A DNA stretch of 64,000 nucleotides from Octopus vulgaris (lineage: Eukaryota), in assembly GCA_951406725.2 (NCBI GenBank), contig OX597828.1, forward strand, positions 7,378,001 through 7,442,000, read 5' to 3'. This document shows, piece after piece, positions 39,400-52,464 of this stretch; position 1 is the first letter of the stretch, and each line of letters begins with the position of its first letter. A model generated the notes under the pieces. It searched no databases and was not told the origin of the DNA. It saw nothing but the letters and a program-made list of their open reading frames with translations. The position numbers and the translations under genes were made by a program.

Positions 39400-39766
39400 T
39401 AGACTACGACTATGCTTGAGTAATTTTAAGTCGAATAAATCGACCTCGGTTTTATAAAGCGTGGTATTTATTCTATCGATCTGTTTTGTCGACCCGTTAA
39501 TTTACGGGAACGTAAGCATACTAACATCGTTTTCAAGCGGTACTGGTGGGGGGGGGAAACACAGACACAGAACACAGAACATACACACATACACGCGCGC
39601 ACACGACAGGTTTCTTGCAGTTTCTGCCTTCAAAGTCCGCTCATAAAGATTTGGTCCACCCGAAGCTATAGTGAAAAACTCTTGTCCACGATACCACGCA
39701 GTGATATTGAACCCAGAACCAAATGGTCGGGAAGCAAGCTTCTTACCACACAGCTACGCCTGCGCC
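39400..39766 (-). mobile_element. SINE family C, diverged
   Basis: Homologous to 23502-23918. Confidence 0.75.
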
Positions 39767-39928
39767 AAAGCAGTAAAGCATTCCCTAATGGAGTGACACT
39801 ATACCTTTAACAGCGTGAAATATATTATTTCGATTTGAGAATACAAGCCGACAAGGGCAAAATCTTGAAGTCACAGCGAACTCAAAATAATTAATTGACA
39901 TATATCCATATACTGATAACTGTATATC

Positions 39929-40161
39929 TATTTCTTTACTACCCACAAGGAGCTAAACACAGAGGGGACAAATAAGGACAGACAAAAGGATTAGGTCGAT
40001 TAAATCGACCCCTGGTGCGTAACTGGTACTTAATTTATCGACCACGAGAGGATGAAAGGAAAAGTCGACCTCGGCGGAATTTGAACTCGGAACGTAACGA
40101 CAGACGAAATATGGCGACGCTTATGGCACGGCGTGATAACGTTTCTGCCAGCTCGCCGCCT
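39929..40161 (-). mobile_element. Family D SINE monomer
   Basis: 20-bp TSD TATACTGATAACTGTATATC at 39909-39928 and 40162-40181. Confidence 0.92.
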
Positions 40162-40456
40162 TATACTGATAACTGTATATCAACGCGTGAATCATCGGCA
40201 TCTCAAAGTCTAGTATCATATGAGTATATTTAATTTAATATCTGTACACATAGATGGAAGTTTTTCCTTGTCTAATTTAGATATTTAACTCAACCCTTCT
40301 ACTATCGTGACATTAACATTCATATATAAATAGGATATCACATTGCATATGTAATGAAAGATTGAATTTAATAATTTCATGATTTGATAATCATATAATG
40401 AGTACAATCCTGTGGGTGTCTGTCTGTGTCTATCTGCGTGTGAATACTGATAAACA

Positions 40457-40551
<95 letters not shown>

Positions 40552-40606
40552 GAGAGAGAGAGAGATTGAGAGAGATAGAACCACACAGAAAGGCAGATAA
40601 GTATAT

Positions 40607-40683
<77 letters not shown>

Positions 40684-41096
40684 CATACATACATTCATAC
40701 ATACATAAATACATAAATTTATATATATATGTACATACATACATAAATATATGTATATATATATATAGCACTCATGGATGCAAAATATTCTTTATATTCA
40801 TACATACATATATATTTATGTAAATATAAGTTCCATGTATGTATATATAGGTGTGTGTGCAAGTATATATATTTATATATGCACTCAACGACATATGCAT
40901 AATATTCTTAATTTTTGTCATATGGACACAAGAAAATATATGTCGTATATATGTGTGCGTGTGTCTGTGTGTGCAGGTGTACGTGCGTTTATATATATAA
41001 ATATATTTAAATACGCATATATATGTGGGTGTGTGTCTATCTGCGCCTGTGTGCTTGTAACATGTTCAGTAAACACACACAGATATATATATTGGA

Positions 41097-41150
<54 letters not shown>

Positions 41151-41755
41151 TATATATCTATGTATGTATATGTATAAATATACATACATTCATACAATCG
41201 TTCATACATACACAAATCCATCCATACATACATGCACGAACACTCACACACACACACACACACACAAACATGCGCACGCAGTTACACACACGGACTTCGT
41301 AAAATTTCCCATGGGGACTTTCTACATGAGGAACATATTGCTAAGTGCATGTTATAATACTAGTGGTGGTGAGCCACAAATAATTTTTAATTAACTGAAA
41401 TTCCAGCCCTAATTAGAAAATAAAGAAGACGACGAAATAAGAGATTGCTGGAGTTAATGAAATTTTATCGTCGCAAATGGCAAGGGAGAGATCTCCAGGA
41501 ATTTAATTCATTCAAAAAATATTTTTAATGGCGATATGCCGGGGTGATGGAGTAAATCTGAACTTTGGTAATTATGGTGACATCAACGTACAGGTTTTAA
41601 TCTTAGAGGAAGTCTTCGGAAACGTGTCGTCCGTTTAATGCCTGCAAAAATTTAGAGCTACTAAAAATAATCTTTTTCACTATGAGTGCTGTATAGCTTC
41701 CATTATAGGCAGTATTTGATGGTTCCCTATTTTGTGTTGGGTAATTTTGGTAAGA

Positions 41756-42257
41756 GTGGAGGCGCGTGGCTTAGTGGTTATGGTGTTGAACTCATGATCA
41801 CAAGGTTATGGTTTCGATTCCTGGACTAGGCGATGCGTTGTGTTCTTGCGCAAAACGTTGCTCCAGTCCACTCAGCTGGCAAAAAGGAGTAATCCTGCAA
41901 CGGACCGGCGTCCCGTCCAGGTGGGGAATTTCTACGCCACTGAAAACGGGAAACCGGCCCTTCTGAGCTTGGCATGGCTTGAGAAAGAACATTGTGGAGG
42001 CGCCTGGCTTAGTGGTTAGGCTGTCAGCATCATGATCGTAAGATTGTGGTTACGATTCCTGGAACGGGCGACTCGTTGTGTTCTTGAGCAAAACACTTCA
42101 TTTCACGTTTCTCCAGTCCATTCAGCTGGCAAAAATGAGTAACGCTGCGATGGACAGGCGTTCCGTCCAGCTAGGGAATACATACGCCATTGAAATCGGG
42201 AAACCGGGCATATGAGCCTGGCTAGGCTTTAAAAGGGCGCATTTATTTATCATTTTA
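41756..42257 (+). mobile_element. Head-to-tail pair of family B SINEs (41756-41992, 41994-42250)
   Basis: Two GTGGAGGCGC.TGGCTTAGTGGTTA heads. A 13-bp TSD AATTTTGGTAAGA lies at 41743-41755 and 42258-42270; a family C head fragment follows. Confidence 0.85.
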
Positions 42258-42601
42258 AATTTTGGTAAGAAGCTTGTTTCCCAACCACATTGTTCCGGTT
42301 TCAGCTCCACTGCGTGACACCTTGGTTGAATGTCTTCTAACTATAACACTGCAATCTTAGTACATTGAAAGATAGAGGCAATAGTTATGGTTGCATTGCC
42401 TGTGGTTATACGTCTGCTCAGTCTAGGCTAGTACTTTGCAACATTTTCTCACTTGCGGTATACTTGTATTCTTTTCAAAATTCGGCGGCACACCTGAAAT
42501 AAAAATATATCTAAAAGTATAGGGGACAAAAATATATATTCAGTTTACACAACGGCACACTTAGAATCGTTTTGTGGAACACAAGTGTGCCACAGCATAC
42601 C

Positions 42602-42833
42602 TATTTTGTTACTACTCACAAGGGGCTAAACACAGAGGGGACAAACAAGGATAGACACACGGAATAAGTCGATTACATCGACCCCAGTGCGTAGCTGGTA
42701 CTTAATTTATCGACCCCGAAATGATGAATAGCAAAGTCGACCCCGGCGGAATTTGAACTCAGAACGCAGCGGCGGACAAAAAAAAAACACAAAACATTTC
42801 GCCCGGCGTGCTAACGTTTCTGCCAGCTCGCCG
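42602..42833 (-). mobile_element. Family D SINE monomer nested in a probable hAT/Charlie-like terminus
   Basis: 8-bp TSD AGCATACC at 42594-42601 and 42835-42842. The flanks join as GTGTGCCACAGCATACCGATCGAGGAGCACTG. Confidence 0.8.
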
Positions 42834-43380
42834 TAGCATACCGATCGAGGAGCACTGGGCTAGGCTAATCTAGTACTCAATTAAGTACAATAACAACACA
42901 CATACATACACACACACGCATACATACACGCACGCACACACACACACGCATATATACACGCACACACACACACACACGCGCGCGCGGATACATACACGCA
43001 CGCACGCACACTTTCTACATACACTTAAAAAATATGCACAAACACATGCAAGCAAGTGCATGTCAGACTGCTTCATAAATATACATGTAGACGCATATGG
43101 ACATGTGTTTGTATGCATGTTTTTGTCTGTGATGTGTTTGTGATTGTATAGGTGTGTGTTTGTTAGTGGGCGTGTGCACATCATATATTAACAGGGGGAA
43201 ACAAGAGAGAGAGAGAGAGAGAGAGAAAGAGAAAGAGAAAGGGAGAGAGGGGGAGGAAGAGGGAGAGAGATACCAAGAGATTACTATTCTATATCTCATT
43301 CTATATACAGGTGTACACATGTATGTATGTGAGGGTGTATGTACATCTGTACAAGCATATATATATATACATATATATAC

Positions 43381-43439
<59 letters not shown>

Positions 43440-43636
43440 AGTAGGTGAATGAATTATCCTAATATGGAAAATTCGGTTAACAGATACCTGGGTAGCAAAT
43501 TCACGTCAGAAAACACGGCTGAAGCTATATATCAAGGGTAGGAACACCGTGTTCTTGTGTGTAAATTTGTGTGTCTTTTTTTATATGAATAAATGAAAGA
43601 ATGGAGTTGAACAAATATTTTAACAAAATTCCTTTA

Positions 43637-43719
43637 CTTTCGACACATGTTTCGAAGACTGCATACTCTTAATTCTGAAGGAATAAAAGGTGCATTATGC
43701 CGTCTTCCCCTCAGGAAAG
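43637..43719 (-). ncRNA. Type I hammerhead with A9G core mutation
   Basis: CUUUC-CUGAGGG-GAAGAC..GUCUUC-GAAAC-AUGU-GUC-GAAAG. Confidence 0.65.
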
Positions 43720-44147
43720 ACAAGGAACCTCTATCAGTCTCAAGACGAACAAAAACTTTTTGATGACTGCCTACATTGTGCCCACAATGATAATGATTGT
43801 TTTTTAAAAATAATCCGTTATAAGCAATTACGTCAAAATTGGTTGGAAGGAGGAAGTACTAAAAGTAGGAAGGGAACCGAAAGTATGCTGTATTAATGGG
43901 GATGCGCGGGTGTCTGCTTTCGTTAATGAGTGTTTGCTTTCATTAACGAAAGCAGACACCCGCATCCCCATTAATACAGCATACTTTCGGTTCCCTTCCT
44001 ATTTTTAGTACTTCCTCCTTCCAACCAATTTTGACGTAATTGCTTATAACGGATTATTTTTAAAAAACAATCATTATCACTGTGGACACAATGTAGGCAG
44101 TCATCAAAAAGTTTTTGTTCGTCTTGAGACTGATAGAGGTTCCTTGT

Positions 44148-44230
44148 CTTTCCTGAGGAGAAGACGGCATAATGCACCTTTTATTCCTTCAGAATTAAGA
44201 GTATGCAGTCTTCGAAACATGTGTCGAAAG
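44148..44230 (+). ncRNA. Type I hammerhead ribozyme, canonical core
   Basis: CUUUC(44148-52)-CUGAGGA-GAAGAC..GUCUUC-GAAAC-AUGU-GUC|GAAAG; predicted cleavage after 44225. Confidence 0.85.
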
Positions 44231-44277
44231 TAAAGGAATTTTGTTAAAATATTCGTTCAACTCCATTCTTTCATTTA

Positions 44278-44351
<74 letters not shown>

Positions 44352-44439
44352 TATATTAATTATATATATTATTTGTTATTTGTTATTTATATATACATAT
44401 ATACGTATATACATATATGCGTGTGTGTGTGTGTATGAT

Positions 44440-44623
44440 TGTGTGTCTGTGTTCGTCCGTCACCACCGCTTGACAACCGATGTTGGTGTGTTCACGTCCA
44501 CGTAACTTAGCGGTTCGGCAAAAGTACTAGGCTTACAGAGAATAAGTGCTGGGGTCGATTTGTTCGACTAAAGGCGGTGCTCCAGTATGGCTGTAGCCAA
44601 ATGACTTGAACAAATAAAAAGAG

Positions 44624-44625
<2 letters not shown>
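44440..44625 (+). mobile_element. SINE family C, 3' half
   Basis: CACCACCGCTTGACAACCGATGTTGG..GGCGGTGCTCCAG tail. Confidence 0.8.
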
Positions 44626-44674
<49 letters not shown>

Positions 44675-44703
44675 CCTTAATCCTTATATATATATATATA
44701 TAC

Positions 44704-44754
<51 letters not shown>

Positions 44755-45090
44755 GTATATATATATATGCATATATGCATATGTATATACATGTACATAT
44801 ATATATATACACATATATATACATATATCTGTGTGTGTGTATGTATGTATGAAGGGTTGCGCAGGCAGAACACACCAAAGAGAAAAAGTCAGACGAAAGC
44901 AGAGTAAACGGGAAACTGCTTTCGTCTAACTTTTTGTCTTTGTGTTCTGTCTCTGTTCAACCCTTGATATATCCATGTAGCGCAACACACACCCTGTTTG
45001 TTTACTTTATACATACATACACACACATGTGTGTATGTATGTTCTAAAATCTACACAGTCTTGGTTTTTTTATCTCATTACGAAAAAAAA

Positions 45091-45137
<47 letters not shown>

Positions 45138-45139
45138 TG

Positions 45140-45179
<40 letters not shown>

Positions 45180-45984
45180 GTTTGTATGTACGAATGTGTC
45201 AATACACATGTGTCCATGAATTGCGTGTATATGTGTGTGTATATGTGTGTGCGTGTGTATGTTTATATGTACATTATTTTTTGCAAGAAAAAACTGTTTA
45301 TATCGTTTGATATCAGTAGTGACACAGATACCAGGTGTGAATACACAGTCAACAGGTCATGTGTCAGAGTTCACTAGGTCAACTCCCGGACCACACTTGA
45401 TGTGGTGGTCCACTACATGACCTGCGTTTCATTATTCTCAATAAGAGAACGTACAAGCGTGGGAGAAAGGATTATATAGTAAAATGGAAAAGAGGTAATG
45501 TTAGGTATTTGTGTATGTGTATGTGCGTGTGTGTGTGTGTTTGTGTGTGTGTGTGCCTATGATAGTTTATGTATGTCTTGTAAGTCATTCTGTGTGCTCA
45601 CCAATCTCTGTGTGATTGTAAAATTAGACTTACAGATACATGCATGCACACACAGATACTTATGAGTGTATGTACACATATTTATATTTACATACACACA
45701 TATTTATGTCGGCGTGTATGTACATATGCTTACTTCTTTGTAAGTGTATGTGTGTGTGTGTGTATGTGTGTGCCTGTGCTTTGTTGCATATGTGTATTAG
45801 TCCTTGTCCCTCTGCGTCGTGGCATAAAATAAAGTATCTTCATCAAAAACACAACATACAGCCCGGTCGAGGAATCGAACCCACTAACTCATAATTGTGA
45901 ACCCGACTCTTTAACCACTGAGCCATGTGCCTATATATTCTCGAGCAACACACTTTACTTTTGGTATACGTGTATGTATGTGTG

Positions 45985-46033
<49 letters not shown>

Positions 46034-46039
46034 ATGCGT

Positions 46040-46300
46040 GCTAAACTCAATGAACAACAAAAGAAGAAAACAGACAGCACAAGAAGGTTTAGACCTAAAA
46101 ACTGCTGTTAATAAATGATCACTTAAAATGAAGGGGAAGAGGCTTAACGTTTCGTACGTAAGTCCTTCATCGGAAGAAAGGGAAAATATGTGGGTGATTG
46201 AGAAGTAACATCACTAGAAGCAAAAATACTGATGAGGGCTTAAGGACCAAATGGAGATGCATTCTGTGCAAGAATGAAGGTAAGATGGGTGGTTGTATAT
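46040..46300 (-). mobile_element. Decayed Penelope-like 3' end with minimal hammerhead (46143-46176)
   Basis: CUU-CCGAUGA-A-GGAC-UUAC-GUAC-GAAAC-GUU-AAG; layout like 7261-7470. Confidence 0.5.
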
Positions 46301-48660
46301 GTGTGCGCACGTGTACGTGCATCACGGTATGTATCTCTCCTCTTATTGTATTATATGTGTATATTGTGATACTGATAAATGGAAGTGTGAAATAGCTGTT
46401 ATGTATGATACAGCTGTGATGTCTCTTTATATTGTGGGATATCTCTATTGCGATTGTGTGTCTATAATATGATCTACTATGCGTGTATTGTTGATAATCG
46501 ATGTGGTACAAAAATATAACACGCGTTGGAAACTACGTCATTTTGTACGCTCCCTGTGCTGGAATTGTTTTTGTTTTAAGACTTGTGCATGTGTGTCTAT
46601 ATTGTAACCTCTTTCACCAAGGCTTTCGCTCAACAATACAAAATTAGCTTTCTAAAGATAAATATCAGTAGTTCTCAAATTATGCGTTATAAGGGACGTT
46701 ATGCACCTTAGACTTTTAAAAAAATCTATTACAGCTTTAGAAATCCATATTTATGAATTCATAGTTTTATTATATACAACAATGGTGGATACTTTTCCAA
46801 ATTTTTTATTTAAAAAATTTAAATTTAAAATAGTTATTTTTAATTGCCCTTGCGAAGTTCTACATGAATTTTTCATTTGACCTCCCTTGTGCCTCAATGT
46901 AAAAAATAAACAAAATGAGAATCATCATACGCTGTGGTCATTTGATCGACTAGAAATGGCGAACAAAGTCCCTCCAATTATATTCTATCGTCTTAAATCA
47001 GTCCGAAAACTTTGTAGTCTGATATATTTTAAACGTTGCAATGATCGCGACTGTAATGCTTTTTTTTTTCTCACAGGTTTGCTAAATCCTCTTGATCTTG
47101 GCTAAATCGCAACAATACTTTCTACTATGGACACAAATCCAACACTTTTCTAGGGAGGAGAAATGAATTACATCGATCCCAAAAGAATGAAAGGCAAAGT
47201 CGAGTTCAGCTTCCACCAAGGTCGACTTTACTTTTCCTCCTTTCAGGGTCGATAAAATATAAATACCATTTGAGCACTGGGGTCAATATAATCGACTTGC
47301 TCATCCTGCCTTGTGTCAAAATTTGAAATCAATAAGTATCACAGTTATTTTCTATCCTGTAGAAACATGATAATGTATGCCGATTGGCTGAGTCATCAGA
47401 GCGTTGGATCTTCTTTTCCAGCTCTCTGCACTCTGATTTCGAATCTTACCAAAGTCACCGTTTCCTCTCATTGCCGCAGTGTCGATAAACAAAGTGCCTA
47501 TCCAGGGGTACTGGATTTTCAGAAATTTTAGGGTGTCGATTGAACTCAAAAACTCCACCCAGGTGACGATGAGCAGGACTTATGAGTCGACCTTAGAAGC
47601 AACTCTGCTACATCCACAACTGGTCTGCATGAACAGGTAGGCCTACAACCGTTATGGATAAACGAGCGACGACTTGTTGAGACCTTCATCCAGCAACAGA
47701 ACAACAATGGCTGATTGAAAACGGATAGCTTATTAACAAAATTGTGCCGGTGTACCGGTTTCATTGTCATTTAGTCTCGGCCAACACTTTTCTAGGGAGG
47801 CACAAGGGAGGTCAATAAACTAGACTTATCAACGTTGTTCTAGCACTGGTCGTTTCATCCTTTATTTCAGCCATGATACATCTAGGACTACAGTATCCTT
47901 CTTTTCCATCTGAGGACAAATTGCTTGATATTTCTTGCAGGTCTAGTGACCTCGTACGGACAATATCATTGGCTCATGTATGGATGTGTAAGAATATGTG
48001 AGTGAGTAGGTAAGTGTGTGTTAAGTGTGTGTATGTGTTTACACAGCTGCCATCTGACAAAGTTTTAATTAATAAATGAGGGTTAAATATTCTCCGAAAC
48101 TCCCTCTCGCTATCTCTCTATAACTATCTTACTTCCCTCATTCCACCTTCTCTCTCTGTCTCTTTATTTTTGTCTTCACATCCGTCCGTTCCATCCTTCC
48201 GTTGCTATAATGTTATGTCCGATGACAAACAACATATTAAAAAGGTTTGTCATAGCAACAACACCCGAAATCACGTGATCTAGTCTGTCCACTAGATAAC
48301 TTGATGCACACATCATTCTTACCTGCTCAGGTAAACTAAATTGTCAATCATAAATATCAAATAGCTATTGCTATAGTTACTTATCGCACTAACAACCTAT
48401 GTTACTTACTTATTCATATAGGTACTTAGATACGCGTGTGCACACATGCATACATAAACGAATATACATACTCGTACATATAATCACACTCTACGTCAGT
48501 GAGAGAATGTATGCGCACACACACGCACACACACACATACATCTAACAATCATCCATTCATATACACAGCGTGGATCGATGTTTGTATGAGTATATCTGT
48601 ATACACAATGTATAAGGCTATATATATGTAAATATATATACGTATATATACATGAGCGCA

Positions 48661-48704
<44 letters not shown>

Positions 48705-48771
48705 CGTATATCCATACATATATATCTATATGTACATATGTATCAATGTGTGTGTATACACACACATGATA

Positions 48772-49029
48772 AATAAATAAATGTGCTCTTTTAAAGCCTA
48801 GCCAGGCTCATGGGCCCGGTTTCCTGGTTTCAATGGCGTATGTGTTCCCCAGCTGGACGGGATGCCTGTCCATCGCAGCCTAACTCATATTTGCCAGCTG
48901 AGTGGACTGGAGCAACGTGAAATGAAGTGTTTTGCTCAAGAACACAACACGCCGCTCGGTCCAGGAATCGAAACCACAATCTTACGATCATGATGCTGAC
49001 AGCCTAACCACTAAGCCATATGCGCTTAC
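48772..49029 (-). mobile_element. SINE family B
   Basis: Homologous to 9390-9651. Confidence 0.9.
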
Positions 49030-49160
49030 ACAGACACACACACACACACACTTTATTATTTAAGCTGCAAAGGCATCACAAAAATATCGCAAAAAACTGC
49101 TACTTAAAGTTTCGCACTCCCGTATGTATATACGTATGTAGAGAGAGAGAGGGGGGGTGA

Positions 49161-49204
<44 letters not shown>

Positions 49205-49296
49205 GTGTTCTGTAGTTTGGTAAGATTGAAGGAAAAAGAAACAAAGATAAATAATGAAATACATATGAACCGCAGTGAAATTGGGATATCGCCTTC

Positions 49297-49720
49297 TTAA
49301 AGTGATGTCAGAGATCCCATCACTGACTGGTGAGACCTGCTACTGATCTTATCTAAACCTGTACAATGTGTTCTATGGTCGAGTGGACGGCGACTAAACC
49401 GCCTCACCACCATCCCACTTAAGCAGCTTGCTACTCGAGTGAGGAGGATGTTTGGACACCCTACAGGGCTGAAAACAAGACCTGTCGTGGGGGAGGAAGA
49501 GCTCCTTATGGGCCAACGGCTATTCAGTTGGGGAAGGCAATGGCAAACCAACCTTGCCAAGAAAACACTATAAGAAAGTCAGCAGAAAGTAACGCAGTGG
49601 CTTTATCCGATTGGAAAACTGGCGCTTGGCCGGGAAGACCGTCGTACTGACATCAACGTGCTGCGGAAAGCTTCCGATACATGACGAAGAAGATACGACC
49701 GCTGTAAAACTGGGGCTTTG
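49297..49720 (+). mobile_element. RTE 5'-UTR-like interspersed repeat
   Basis: GGTCGAGTGGACGGCGACTAAACCG..GTGAGGAGGATGTTTGGACACCCT..CCAACGGC is homologous to 37015-37195 (minus strand). Confidence 0.5.
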
Positions 49721-49793
49721 CCTCCATCATATCAACCGTAGAACTATTTCACTGTGATACTGATTTTATCGTCCTCGAAACTCAAAATCATAA

Positions 49794-50013
49794 CCTTTTA
49801 GCATTTACATTACCCTATCAAATGTAACGTTTATTCATTTGCATTGTTTTGAATTAATCATTATTATCTCATGGCTTCGAAATTTTTTATGTTATGATCA
49901 TTTATTTTTACAGTAACATTGAATGGTAGGTGTGAGAGACCAGACCTCACTGGTTTGAACATATAATTGGTTGAAAATTTGGGCCGGATATTGTCGGTCT
50001 AAATGCTAAGGAG
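49794..50013. mobile_element. piggyBac-like MITE
   Basis: (A)TAA-CCTTTTAGCATTTA ... TAAATGCTAAGGAG-TTAA: short TIRs with TTAA-type flanks. Confidence 0.55.
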
Positions 50014-50887
50014 TTAACGTAACCTGGAGGTTAAAGGAGGTACTCAGAATATAAATATTCTGACTTCAACTGTTCTTGAACTCACATTTGTTTTACATCT
50101 TTTCGGAATTGATTCGTATAAACGTCGATGCAGTGTAATGGGAGAATAGCTAGGGTTTCAAGTGTGATGCCTTGCAGAACCTTTGTATTCTGAATACATG
50201 TACTTATCTTTATTGGAGTCCTGTCAAAAGTTATCTTATTACGAAAGCGCAACATCGTGTTCCAGTCATCAAATAAATAAATAAAGAAAGAAAGAAAGAA
50301 AGGGCCGTAAATATTCATTCAGAATTGAATAAAATCTGTAATATTGGTTTCTAATTTTGTCAGTAATTTCGGGGGAATGGATAATTTGATTACATGTGCC
50401 CCAGTTTCAAGTGGTTGTTGTTTTATCATCCTCGTAAGGGTGAAATATAAAGTCGACCCCGGCGACATTTTAACTGAGAACGTAAAGACAGAAGTATTTT
50501 CCCCCGGTTGATAACGATTCTGCCAGCTCACCGCCTTAAATTAAATCTGTAATATTACTGAGCAGGTAGTTCTCGATCACATCTCCCCTAATTCATGTGG
50601 GAGAAAGTGAGATTCTTTTACTCATTACATATTCTTAAGATAATTTTATTCAAATCTTTTTTCAAATACTGAGCACTCCGTCTTTTGTTTTATGGTCCTT
50701 GCTCAACCATCTGTCTGTCTGTTTGTCTGTCTGTCTCTCTGCATACTCACACACATACAGATATGTGTGTGATATACATACATACATACATACATACATA
50801 CATACATACATACATACATACATACATACATACATACATACATACACACACACACATATATATATATATATATCACCATGATATATC

Positions 50888-51073
50888 GCCATGATAGATC
50901 GCTAGCCACTACACATTCTTTATTTTCTCTCCTTATTTCTTTCTGTGTTCCTTTCTGTGGAAGAGCGTAGGCTCGAAATGCTACAGACTTTTTCCCTTCC
51001 CGAGCGTTATACTAATACATCTATTTGTTGTCTACACCACCTGTCTTCGTGTTTTTTTTTTTTTGTGTGAATT

Positions 51074-51076
<3 letters not shown>
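50888..51076 (+). mobile_element. Family E element (hammerhead variant 50951-50986, decayed)
   Basis: Homologous to 20241-20432. Confidence 0.75.
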
Positions 51077-51130
<54 letters not shown>

Positions 51131-51132
51131 TA

Positions 51133-51336
51133 CGAGGTGGTGCTAAAAGTTCCTGGGTAAAAGAAAATACAGGAGGATCAAATAATTATGATTTTATACA
51201 ACATATTGCTATCTCAGAATCATACGCTGATTGCAGCGGTCCTCCAGTTTTTGTAAACCCTGTAAAAGAACCCAGAAGGTTGGGCCTCCAGCCAGGCCTT
51301 GCGCGATACCCTTGAAGCCAGGAACTTCTCAGCACC
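51133..51336. mobile_element. Tc1/mariner-type MITE
   Basis: TA-CGAGGTGGTGCTAAAAGTTCCTGG ... CCAGGAACTTCTCAGCACC inverted termini; the outer right end is missing. Confidence 0.65.
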
Positions 51337-51595
51337 GATACATGTATACACACACACACACACACAGAGACAAACACATACACACACACAAACAAACACA
51401 CACACACACACAGAAATAAAGGAAAAGTGTCATAGATAGATGAGTAGGAAAGAATTGGTAAAAGGGATGAATGGCTCACTCATTGTAAGGATTAATGAGT
51501 TGGTATTTTAGTAGGTAGGATAGTTCGGTACGTAGACACATTGATGCAGAGAGAGAAAGGCAGAGGAGTATGAACAAAACAGGTCCTTACACACA

Positions 51596-51666
<71 letters not shown>

Positions 51667-51734
51667 GCACAACTACACCCACGTAATCACACACACACAC
51701 ATATACATACGCATTTACTCACACAAAACATAAA

Positions 51735-51776
<42 letters not shown>

Positions 51777-52464
51777 TAAAGAACGATAAGTGTGTGTGTA
51801 TGTGTGCGTGAGCGCGTGCGCGTGAGCGCGTGCGCGTAAGTGTGTGTGTGTGTATACAGAGCAAGAGTGTCAAATGCGTTTGGTCAGGATATTGATAAAT
51901 TGTCACTTCCTATTTTTTATGTTGAGCATAACAGCGAACCTCCTCATATAATAAATAATGTTCTATATTTTATAGCGCACTGAGTTATATAACGTCTATC
52001 TTATAGTATCTTCACCCCTTTCAATGCCAGGTCCCTTTTAGAAATAGTGCATATCTCCTCAATCAATTTCTGATAATGTAATTGGCCGAGTCCCGTAACT
52101 CCTTTGATGTAAACCTCATTTTCGTGTGTTACAAATGATATTATTAAACATGCTTTTTAAGGTCTAAGTTCTGTCGTTATATATTCTATTCTCTAAGCAA
52201 TTCACAGAATTGCTTAGAAGTGTAACAGCTAGTTATTTGGAAGACAACAATCATTACCATTTCAATGGGCTTGAAGAAAACTATACGATTCCTTTAGAAG
52301 GTATCTGTCTGCCTAAACAAGCAATCTTAACGTCAGAAAAGTCGACCATACGAAATATAATTATTACTAAAGTTATTTTTGCTGAAGAACGAGACGACAA
52401 AATGATTCTACACAGTTTCGCAACTTACTGGAAGTACTTTCAGTCACTGGTTTAAAACTATTCT

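Larger units (their letters stand above)
43438..44285. mobile_element. Penelope-like pLTR element forming a ~700-bp palindrome with two hammerheads
   Basis: Arms 43582-43929 and 43940-44285 with a 10-bp spacer; (TA)n on both sides. Confidence 0.85.
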
